A DNA stretch of 64,000 bases from Tubulanus polymorphus. Lineage: Eukaryota > Animalia > Nemertea. Both the position numbers and the translations under genes were made by a program. The DNA lies in the NCBI RefSeq assembly GCF_964204645.1, contig NC_134033.1, positions 5,604,231 to 5,668,230 on the forward strand, given 5' to 3'. Shown here one piece after another: positions 15,001 to 27,000 of the stretch (positions are counted from its first letter, which is position 1; the number at the start of each line of letters is the position of its first letter). A model generated the notes under the pieces. It worked only from the letters and a program-made list of their open reading frames with translations, searched no databases and was not told the origin of the DNA.

Positions 15001-18000
15001 GGCCGATAGTGCAAGTGCACTTCAGAAAAACCTCGATATGTTGGTCGCTTATTGTAAAAGGTGGAAATTAGTAATCAATATTAGTAAAACTAAAGCCATT
15101 GTATTCAAAAAAAGGAAGTCTATTAGACAACCCGTATTTAATATCGATGGAGTATTAATCAAAACTGTATCTGAATTTAAATATTTAGGTGTGCTTTTTA
15201 ATTATACAGGAAACTTTGCAAAATGTAAAAAGCTGATTTGTGAACACGCAAAGAAGGCGCTTATATTTGTTCTTAAGAAAGTTCAACATTTTTCTCTTGA
15301 CTTTGATACTGCTTTCCAAGTCTTTGACGCAATGGTTGGATCGATTTTAACATTTGGTTGTGAGGTGTGGGGCTTTGGAAATTTTGATGTTATTGAAAAA
15401 ATTCATTTAACATTTTGTTAATATCTGCTAAGCCTCAAGAGGTCAACACCAAATTTGATGATATACGGTGAGACAGGAAGGTTTCCATTTGAAATTCGTA
15501 TCGAAGTTCGTATGGTAAAATTTTGGGGACACTTGATCCTGCATGAAGAGACATACTCTGGTAAAATGTACCGCATTCTTTATAATAGTCATTTAAATGG
15601 TTCGCAAAGTAAATGGATATCCTGTATCAAATCAATCTTACAGAATTGTGGTCTTGGTAATATATGGTTGGAACAAACTTTTCCGAATATTCCCTACCTT
15701 GGGGAACTCGTAAAACTTAGATTAGAAGATCAATTTAAACAGACATGGCATGGATCGATGGTACTATCCTCTAAATTAGATACGTATAGAATATTTAAAA
15801 CTGATTGGGGACAAGAAAAATATCTTTCATCACTACCACGAAGTTTAAGAATCTCACTATGTAGATTTAGATGTTCCAACCATAAATTACCAATAGAGAC
15901 TGGTAGATATGAAAACAAACCACGGAACGAACGAGTTTGTAATAAATGTAACGAGAATACTATTGGGGACGAATATCATTTCATACTGAAGTGCGAATTT
16001 TTCAACGCTTTTAGAATTTTGTATATACCTAACAGATATAGAATTGGCGCAAATCATTATAAATTCAAGCAATTGCTCAGTAATGAAAACCTGTATTACA
16101 GTCTATCTAAATACATTACGACTGCTACACGGTTGTTATAGCTAGGGCTATTAATATGTATAAATTTGCCAGCTTTTATATTTATACTATTCATACTATT
16201 TTGTTATGCTCGGAAAAATTGTATATCTTTTTTGGAGCAATAAACTAAACTAAACTAAAACTAAACTAGAGACGCATAGGGCCTAAAATGATGACGTCAT
16301 ACGGGGGATTTTTGGGCGCCATACCAAAATCATCCAGAGGGGACGAGGCAAACCTGCTAAAAGTGATTGTGATGTCATAGGGAGATTTGAGGAGGCAGTC
16401 ATCTTTCGTCAATGGTCAAACGAATTTGATGATGTCATAGGGAGATTTATGGAAGTTGTCATGAAAGGGCAGATGAGATTGATGATATCATAGGGGGGTT
16501 ATGAAAGCTTTCTAAAAGCGTTTCTAAAAGGTTAGATGAGTTTTGATGATGGGGATTTTTGAAAGTTTCTAAAAGGGAAGATTAGTTTGATGATGTCATA
16601 GGGGGATTTTTGTAAGCAGTTATGATTTCTAGAAGTAATAATGATAAGTTGGTAATGCCATAGGGATTAATGTATGAAATCAGCTTTTTAGGTAGAATGA
16701 CTTAATGATGTCATAGGGTGATTAACGGGGACAGTCGTGTTGTTATTTCAGATCGTCACTGTTCACAGTGATTCTCAGTATGTTTATCTCGAGTTGTTGC
16801 CGGTTGATAGAATCGATTCGATGTCGCTGAAAACGACGGTTCCGCTGTCGGAATTAGACCCGAGTAAACGAACACCTCGCGTCAGACGGGCCGCGTCGAG
16901 TCCGATACAACGCGTGAGAAACTTCTTCAAAGACAACTTCGATTTTCAGGTGAGGCTCCCGGGCAGTGCGGGGATAGATATAGAAGCTCACACCCACAAC
17001 AAAGATGCTTCATCGAATTTTTTTCTAAGATTGTTTCCGTATCGTAATGCTCATCTCCGGGAATGCCATTGTCGTTACAAGATTAAATTATATAAACAAT
17101 TGCACCCCAGTACATTGTACGTAAGTTGGCGTACTCGTTAAGTGTGTCTTCACTGCGGTGCGGTGTATCTTTACTAATGTTTCAGAGCGTTAGGCAGGTG
17201 CTGTCATCTTTCATTAGGCCTAGAGAAAATATAATTAAATCAATGCGCTGCAATGCAGAGTGCTACTGCAAAGTCCACTGATTTATACACCGCACTGCGG
17301 TGTAGACACACTGAAAAGTTTAAGCAGGTTTTAGTGTAGAATTCTATTTTTTTCTAATTTCGCGTAGTTTTCGTCTAAAGTGAAGGCGACGTCGAGTTTG
17401 AACTTGGATTTTACCCCGACCGTGAAATTGAAACTGAAAATATCGTGGGAGTCGCCGTATCTGGAGGAGGCCGGAGCCGAATTCACCGGAACTCTCGAGG
17501 CTTACGTCGAATCTAGAGTCGATTTCGAAGCCAGGTTCGGTTTTAACTAACAAGCCTTTCCATTTTCACTATATTTCATTCTAAAATGTTATCATCAAAT
17601 AGTTTCATTCTCTAAGAAAATAACACAACATAAATCTATATGTCGCTATTTCTATTTATTCGTTATAGTTTTAAAGGTAATGGACCGACTGAGAAGATGT
17701 TCAACAATCCTGTATCAAACCTGCAGGTCGGCTTGTTCTCGATACCGATTTGGGCGACTCCACCTATCTTTCTACCCGGATCATTCCTCTTCGATCTAAA
17801 ATTCAACGTTCACGTGGACGTGAAGGTAAGCATCATTATAAATTTCTATTATTCAAAACTTGTTGAATTTATCTTGAATCTGTTGTGTGGGTTTAATTAG
17901 ACTCTGGATTACCCTGTTCCACCAGTTGTGCGACCTGAATTTGACTGTTGATCCAGTTCCGCTGTTGTGTCGGATCATTAATTGCATTCTGGATTGAGTT

Positions 18001-21000
18001 CCTGTTCATGACGTCAATTTCTATCAACATGACAAATATTTCTTATTTTGGACATGAATTTAGTGTGTTTGGTCTCATTGAATATGAGATGTCCCATTCG
18101 CCCTTTCGTAAAATCAACCACTTAGCATTGATGGTTCAATTGCCCTCGATTTGCCCATTCATCATAACAGGAATCAAATTAATGCTCCGATTCGTCCTTC
18201 ATTTGTCCTTTCTGTGTATGGAAATATGTATCTTAAAACGGTATCTATCGTTTACTAGAAAGAAAAAATATCAAAACACAGGAAATCCATGAAAAGTAAA
18301 TTTATTTTCGAAACAAACAATTCAGCTCTCAATATCTAGTGGGAAAGATTTTGGTAAAACGCTTTTGTATCCGAATTACTGATTACCGGCATTTCTCCCT
18401 GACATAAACGCATCAGATCATTGAACTTGTCGGCGCTCAACTTCGGTTTTTTCATCGTACGCCGGCATAGGATATGGGATCATCTCTACGAAGTTTCGTC
18501 TTGACTTTAGATCTAAGGGTGCGAATACGTCATCATGATGCGACATCTTGAATCCGATTATGCTGGGTGAATCTTTGTTAACTTGCAACTCGCGAACTTT
18601 TTTCCAATCAATTTCCAACGAACCATCGTTGGCCTCTCGAATGCGAAGAATGGACAGATTTTTCGCCAAATCTTTCCAGTTCAGGATATCGCCAGTATCC
18701 ACTTGAGTGACGCTAGTTGTTGATCTCAAGCGTGCCATTTTGATTATTGCCGATAATTCGCTAGGTGTCATAATCTCCGGAATTCGTTTTATTGCGCGTT
18801 CGACACAACTGTGTACAGCATCGCCCTCGTTTTGACCGTGGTGTGGTTCAAAGTAACGTATTGTTATACTTTGTACATTAACGCTATTCTGGACAAAGTA
18901 CAAAAGCATACACGGTAAAATACTATTCTTATTCTGCCCGGAACATCCATCAGCAAAAAGGAATACATGGCGTACAGAGTTAGCGTCAATTCTTTTCAAG
19001 TACTGATAAACGCACGAGGCGATTTCGTTTGAACCTCGACCAGCAATGCCTTCATGCCATAAAAAACATTCACAATGTTTCGAATTGACATCGGATATCG
19101 TAAAGTTATAACAAGATAATCTTCTACTGTAGAATATTTCGGAGCGGTTTGTTTTTGGTAGGAATATTACTTGTTGCAGATCAAATGAACATACGTTTAT
19201 CTTGTCATTTAATGATGCATGACATTTCAAAGACGATTTGATATTCCGAACTTTCTCCTTTTCACTGATGTGGGTTTCAAATTGATCCTTCAGTTTGGCC
19301 TTCTCTGTTTCATTTCCGTTACGATATGATTCGCATAAACCACATGCATCTTTCTTGGGATTATGAAATTTCAATTTCATAGATTTGAAGACCTTGCATT
19401 AGTATGAGAAAGACACTTTGTTTTCTGGTTGACACTCGTGGTTTTTGTTTTTAAATTTCACTCATTCGCCCCACTTGTAGTAGCATTGCAAAATCGTTAC
19501 TATAGCACACAGGGGCTCGTTACGATAGCTGGGGGTCCAAAATCAAAGATTTGACCCAGTATCCTAGGTACCACCTATAAAAAAAGAAAAGGGAGCTAAC
19601 ATTTTGACATGATACTAGAATTGACCTTCTCATTTCAATCGCTCATAACTTCGTAACCCATCGACCGATTCGCTCGAAATTGGTTTCGTTTCATTCCTAA
19701 GAGGTTACTTTTTCGTTTGAGACCTTCCGCGACAAAATCGGATAAGAGACACCCGAGAAATCACGACTCAAATCCGAAAAAACGAGTCAAAATAGCCAAA
19801 GCCGGAATTACTAGGACGTCTCGGAGTAGTCGATTCCCGACGAAAAACGATGAGTTGACGCGGTTCCCGGACGTTAATCTTCACATATCATACATCGCTG
19901 GAAAGCTTATGAACTGACCTTATTGAAAAATGCGTTTATTTGATAATCCGTTCCGAAACCGGCGACAAGCGAGGTGATAATACGCACCGAACCGATAAAT
20001 ACGCACTTTAAGCGTCACTGAACCGCCATTGAGGGTGTGACGTCACGGGCTCTGAGGACTGATAAATTCGCGATACGTGATTGGTCGACTGAATATGTCA
20101 ATTATCTAGCGTTGCATGCTGGGATTTCTCGTGACGTCACGCAGTTAATGGCGGCCGGAATACACTTGGAAATCGTATTTATCGCATCAATCTGGATTAT
20201 CAGCTCGCCAGTCGCGGGTATCGGAACGGATTATCAAATAAACGCGTCTGTCAATAAGGTCAGTTCATAAGCGAAAAAGTAACCTCTTAGGAATGAAACG
20301 AAACCAATTTCGAGCGAATCGGTCGATGGGTTACGAAGTTATGAGCGATTGAAATGAGAAGGTCAATTCTAGTATGTCAAAATGTTAGCTCCCTTTTCTT
20401 TTTTTATACTAGGTGGTACCTAGGATACTGGGTCAAATCTTAGATTTTGGACCCCCAGCTATCGTAACGAGCCCCTGTGCTATAGCAATGCATATTTAAC
20501 AAAAGGGCGAATGGAACCATTCGCCCTTTTGTGAGAAAGGTAATTGGGCTTAATATTTCATATGACCTTAGTGGATTTTTAAAAATCGTATTTCCAGTAA
20601 GAATAGACAAAAAATACTTCATAAGGCCATAGAAACCATCCCCATAATGTTCATGGTGGGCTCAGTTAAAAACTGTAAAAAATTCCCATTCGCCCCTTCG
20701 TCAATTATTGAGTGGGTTTTGTAATGATGTACGTAGGAAATATACCCAGACTTTAACGTTTTATTTCCAGGCTAAAGGTTTTGTGTCAGTAAAAGCGGGA
20801 GCTACTGGTACAATGAAGACCGGTGTTTCGTGGAAGCCGTCCGGTGGTGTGTTTCAGGAACCGACGTTCGATATCACTCCGATTCGCGAATACGGCGGTG
20901 AATTAGACGAGAAAGAGACTCGTGCGACCCTCACGGCAACCTTAACCCCATCGTTTAAAATGATCTGGCCGACTAATATTCTCAAACGACTCGGTATATT

Positions 21001-24000
21001 GATACCCTCGAAATTAAAGCGTTTATTAGGTTAGTTTGAGCATCTTAGCCACCAGGGGGCGGTTACTTGTCGCTAGCATTCAATATCCCCACAATGGGCT
21101 AGTGACGGAGTTAGCGTTTCACCGCCAGGGGAAATTTAACCGATAGTTTTTGATATTACCGCCAGGGAGCAGTAACTGATAGTATTTGCAGTCCACCACC
21201 AGATTGCATTTTCCTATGGCATCCCGCCATATGGCACTTGCACTAGGTGCAGTGACTCGAAGGTTATCTGATATGTCAATCAACATGAGGAAATCTGGGA
21301 GAGGTTTGTTTCAAGTAATTTAATCAGAAATTCTTTGTTATACACTTTCAGAAATCCACGATGGAAAAGGCCACACGAGAACCGGATTCGTCGAGGTTTC
21401 GATACAAGCCCCGGTGGTCGGCCAAGCGTGGGCAGACGCTTGCAGCGAAAAGTGTGCTGACGACCCGGATGCGAACCTGCAGCTCGGAATGAGCGGAAGT
21501 CTAGAGGAGATTACCGGATCGTTGAAAATAAACGCATTCGGTTTCGAACCGTACGAATTCCTGAGATACGACCCGAAATTCTCCCGGAAGTTATCGTAAG
21601 TAGACGGATTACTTTTATTTGATTCGTTTTGCCCATCCCTTTCAATGCTAGCGAATTGATACCCGAAAGTGTATCTGAAAATGTGCAAAATAGTGCGTCT
21701 TCACCGCCACTTACTGACATTCTACTTTGTTCACTATCTAACAACTAGGTGGTGACATCTCTCATTAGAGATCAAAAATAAAATACTAATTACATCGATA
21801 CACTGGTGTAATCGCCAAGTCGAAAACCTATTTAAACACTGCAGTGAAGACGCACTGAAAGGTTGAAGAAGGGCGAGGGAGGGAGGGAGGGAGGGAGGGA
21901 GGGAGGGAGGGAGGGAGGGAGGGAGGGAGGGAGGGAGGGAGGGACCAAATTATGTCGGACTTACCAAATTATTCCGTGTGGATGCGAATCGGTTCCTCTG
22001 TATTTCACCTTTTTTCATTGATCCGCCCCTGGAAGGTGGCAGTTTATTCTATTAAATCGTACATCGAATTTAAAATGACGATTATTTCAGGAAATGTGTA
22101 AAGATGCCGGTGCCGTGTTGCGTGTGTAAAGACACCGGAAAACCGGGTAAAATTGACCCGGAAACGAAAAAATGCATGTGCGAATGTTTCTGCGACCCAC
22201 CACAAAATACGATACAAAGTTGGAAGGTACGTCCTTTTATCGATCTACGATTTAAAAAAGAACAACCCGGTTGGGATTCTGTCTGCTGCAAGAAGGGTAC
22301 ACCATTATCAAGAGACACAAATTAATGCTGCGGGTATGGATTAAAGTCTAGAAGAAAGTTTACTGAAAATGAACAAGATTTGGATTTGTCACGTACGACA
22401 TCTATCGGGCTCGCTGGAGGAACATATAGTGCTCATTCCATTTTCAAAATTCGTTATAATTTCTATGTCTTTCTAGCCGGAAGGTGGAGAATGCCAGTGC
22501 GAATTGTGTCCGGACAATACAACTCCGAAGAAGAAGAGAAAAGACGGAAGTCTGTGGTGTCCGTGCGAGTGCGCCGACGGAAGCCGGAAAGATACGCGTA
22601 GCGACGGCAGCTGTCCGGTGAGCGATTAGCGCATAATCTCAAATCTCGAGCACCGACGAGTTCGGATGAGACTTCGCGTAAATTGAGTTATTTTCCTTTC
22701 AATTTTAGTGCGATTGTACTTGTAAAGACGGTCGAACTGTCGGTACATTGTCGGCTGATGGTCAGTGTTCGGCTTGCGAGTGTACGTGTAAAAACTGTGA
22801 ACGTTCTCAACTCGGAGCAGACGGCCAATGCGTCTGCCCGAACGACGTGTAAGTTTGTCCATTCAAATTTTGATCTTTCTGTTTAACTACTTCATGTTGT
22901 ACCTTGTTTCGAAGAATGTCTCATGAAATGAAAACATTCAATATCAGATAACCTTGTGTTCCGCTCGCTTGATTCTTCCAGAAAACATTAGTTGCCCCAT
23001 AAATGCATTACCAAATTTGATTGCTTTTTGACCATTTTGGGAATAACGTGGCCATCACAATACGCCGCCCTGGCCCTGGCATCATCACATTGGTCGAATA
23101 GTGCTCTTCCCAAGAGTAAATGGCGCCTTCGTGAATCTCCTTACGACATCATGAAATACTAAAATTTCTAGTCATTGGGTCTCCGTATAGACCTTTCTGT
23201 AAAAGATGACCACCACAATGAGAGGCGCAGTGGCCGAGTGGTCGAAGCCGTCGGTCACTGGTCTCGTCAATCCAGGGTTTATGGGTTCAAACCCTGGTGG
23301 CGACAGAGTTTCTTGGTCCCTGTGTGGCGCTTAGCGGGTTGAGTGTGTTAAAAAAACCACAATGAGAGTTAATGGTCTTATAGATCCCTCGATTCTAAGA
23401 TAGGCCTTCGTAAATTCCCTAAACATCATCAAGTGTCGTAAGACTCTTCTGCGAAAATATGGTTGACTCTATGACATCCATGACATCAACGGATATGAAC
23501 ACCATATCATTGTTTTTTTTTACATTATCTATAGCTGTCCATCGCGGTGTAGATATGGAACTGTTTGGGTCGGATGTGAATGCAAGTGTAAAGACCAGAA
23601 CACATGTGGAGTTGACTCGGTCTGCTTACCCGGTCGCCGTGGCAAAAACTGCAATATCCCTGACTGCGGTCCTTGCCCGAGTAAGTGATGATTGTGAGGG
23701 CAAATGAATGAAATCATTTGGTTATACATGTTGTATCGGGTGCCTAGAACAGAAACATGATTCTTAGAATGAACCGAAATTTTATCAGACGTTTGGCCTG
23801 ATTGCAATAAGCGTCCATAGTCATACCCACACAGCGTTTTCAAAGCCAAACTCGTGAGTGAATTATAAAAATTGGGGCTGAAAAACCCTTTCGTTGGGAT
23901 TGGAATAGTTAGAAAAAACTCTTTAGGCTTGGGGAATTATTGGCGATATTTCCGAAAGTAATCCAAGGAGATATCGATATCTATCAGCGTTTGGCTATAT

Positions 24001-27000
24001 GAACGACTATATGACAGCTCTAGAGCGTGTCAGAGCAGTTTGTGCAGCCATTTACGACTAACTCGCGGACAATCAGTTTAGTAGTTCAGTCACCTATTTG
24101 GTGACCATGCCAAAATCTATCGGATATCATCATCGCACCCTGTGACGACGCCGACGATTGTAAATACACCTACGCCTACCATAGAATTTAGCGCACTGCT
24201 ATCTTATAGGGGTGAGAAAATGTTCGTTATCGCGCTAGAAATTGCTACGTAAACCACATAAAATGATTTCATTTTTGAATCAACACGAACAATTTGTTTC
24301 GTAAAGCCCAGTCATAGATTTTGGGTGATTCGAACTCTTAACGTTTTGAAACGACTTTTATTGCTGACCGACCAAAAGATATTATAACGAGCGATAAAAT
24401 TCTAGTGGAATTGAAATATGATTGTAGATTGTGGAAATGGATTCTGTCGGAAGGAGTGGTGGCGTGGACCATGTAGAGCTCGGTGTCGTTGTAGAAACGG
24501 TTGGCGCGGACGTTGTTGCGAAATAAATGATCCGTCAGCGACGTGGGGCGATCCGCACATTACTACACTCGACGGTCAGTATACACTGCTCAGCCCCCTA
24601 TGACATCATCAAATTTGATCGAAAAAGCCTTCTACACCAATGACATCATCGAATTTATCGAATGAGCCTTTCAAGATAAATGGTTGCCTCCAAATCTCCT
24701 TCTGACATCATACAATTTATTGAAAGGCCCTTCTAGGGTACCTAGAAAACCCATATGACATCAAACCATATCGCTATGAATCAAATAAATCAAAAATGCT
24801 GTAAAACTTCTGAATACCGGAAATCTTAAGATTTTTAAATGTCTGGTTAATTCAGGCCAGCGTTTGTTAATCTTAGTGAATTTGTCTTTAATCAGGGCGC
24901 GATTTCGATTACTACGATATCGGCGAGTACTGGTATTGTTTGAGTAGGAAGATGAATTTTGGAATTCAAACGCGATTCTTTTATCACATCTCGATGTCTT
25001 TGACAGGCGGAGTCGCTGTGAAAGCAGTCGACTCCGTAGTCACGATTATGACTAAAATCACAACTTCAGCAACTGAGTTACCGCACATCAGGTAATCCGT
25101 TAAATGCACTTATGCCATCATTAAATTGCATCGCGCATTTTATCTATAGACCGTTACTGAAGAGCCTGCAGCATACGTAAATTCCCTTTGACATCACTAA
25201 ATTGCACTGTACAAAATGTGCAATGCAATTTAGTAATAATAAAATGATGTAATTATTATATCTCTGGTATAGATTACACAGGAGCCTGCCTACATAAATC
25301 AACCGATGATATCACTAAATTGTGTTTTGTTCATTACGGCTGCGAATCCCAGCATGACATCACTGAATTATAAACCGAAGAAGTTGCTTATGAAATTCCC
25401 TATGGCGTAACAAAATTGCGTTATGATCTTACAGAGGTTGTTTCCCCACGAGAAACCCCCTATGACATCACCCACATCTTGAACGCATTTTAAATGTATT
25501 TTCTGTATAGAATCGACGGCACTTTGAAGAATTTGAATGTAGAGAAAGAATGGATTTTAAGCAACGGATCAGTGAATGTGAAATTAGAACCTGGAAGCGG
25601 CACTGACCAGAATAAACCAGTTGCTACTATCTACATCAGCTTCAAACAAGGTAACCGTACATGCATTATCAGTAACTTATCACAACTTAGCTCAATCATT
25701 AGAGAATGAGTAGGTCGTCATTATCATCCTCCCCCGGCAAAGAATCGAACCTGATGGTATCACTAGTCAGTAATTGGGAACGTAGGCTTTCATACCAGAG
25801 GTCGAGCGGTCGAGACACCACTCATCACCACAAGTAATTTTTTTTCCTAATAAATGGGAGATAGAAAAGCATTCTTAGCAACAATAAATAACAGAATAAA
25901 ACCAGCAAAAAAACAATTTGAAATAAAAAAGTTAATTGATGTTACAAAAGAAATTGAACATAAAATATTGAAATAAGAAAAGATAAAAACTAAATATGGA
26001 GAGAAAGTATCGGCGAATTAAGAAATAAAAATAAGTTTAGAAAAATTAAATTTTTTTTGCTTTTTTCCAAAAATAAACATACTTTTTAATATAAAAGCGC
26101 TAATAAAATGATAAAATTGTTCAATATTAAAAGTGTGAGTAAAATAATTTAGATTTTCAATGTTAAAAGTGTGAGTAAAATAAGTTAGATTTTCAACGTT
26201 AAAAGTGTGAGTAAAGTGTGAGTAAAATAATTTAGATTTTCAATGTTAAAAGTGTGAGTAAATTGTGAGTAAAATAAGTTAGATTTTTAACGTTAAAAGT
26301 GTGAGTAAAGTGTGAGTAAAATAATTTAGATTTTCAATGTTAAAACTGTGAGTAAAGTGTGAGTTAAATAAGTTAGATTTTTAACGTTAAAAGTGTGAGT
26401 AAAGTGTGAGTAAAATAAGTTAGATTTTCAATGTTAAAAGTGTGTGTAAAGTGTGAGTAAAATAAGTTAGATTTTCAATAATAAAAGTGTGAGTAAAGTG
26501 TGAGTAATAATTTTGCTATATAAATGAAAGAAGAAATGGAATTTAAAATTGAAATAAAAGAATTTAATGAATTATTTTCACTATTTAACATTGAAAATTG
26601 TATCTCAGCAAAAAATTTAGTATATGGAAGACAATATAAAATTAACTGAACTAATAGATACTTTAGATAATGGCGCCAAAAATCCTAAAATATTTAATAC
26701 AGTTTTAAATTATAAAGGTAATTTAGATGAAAACATAATAAATATTCTTAAATTTCCTTTTAATGAAAGAGAAAGTGATATAATACTTTCAAAAGGTAAT
26801 GATAGGAATGATTAAATAACAAATTAAAGTAAAGAATTTTAAAAAAATCTCATTTATTGTGTAAAATTGAAATACTTTGAACTACGACTAAAATTAAACT
26901 AAAATAGACAACTTTGTTAATCTAATGAAATTTTAGTCATATTTTAGTTGAATTGTAATTAAAATTAGTTGCAACTAACTTCAACTAGAATTTAACTAGA

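Larger units (their letters stand above)
11011..16266 (+). mobile_element. Near-full-length non-LTR retrotransposon (APE-RT LINE, CR1/L2/RTE-X-like), disrupted
   Basis: 5' UTR, ORF1 and ORF2, then AATAAA and a (TAAAC)n tail; candidate TSD TAGAG at 11006-11010 and 16267-16271. Confidence 0.92.
18074..20712 (-). mobile_element. Decayed cut-and-paste DNA transposon (Sola1-like DDD transposase family); ends approximate
   Basis: Transposase remnant plus a recurring (C)CATTCGCCC motif at ~18093, ~19463, 20505-20526 (palindrome) and ~20686; possible CTCA...TGAG termini. Confidence 0.55.

Noticed and set aside
23225-23300. Functional tRNA gene
   Set aside because: No convincing cloverleaf; the extra body, A-tail and TSD indicate a SINE.
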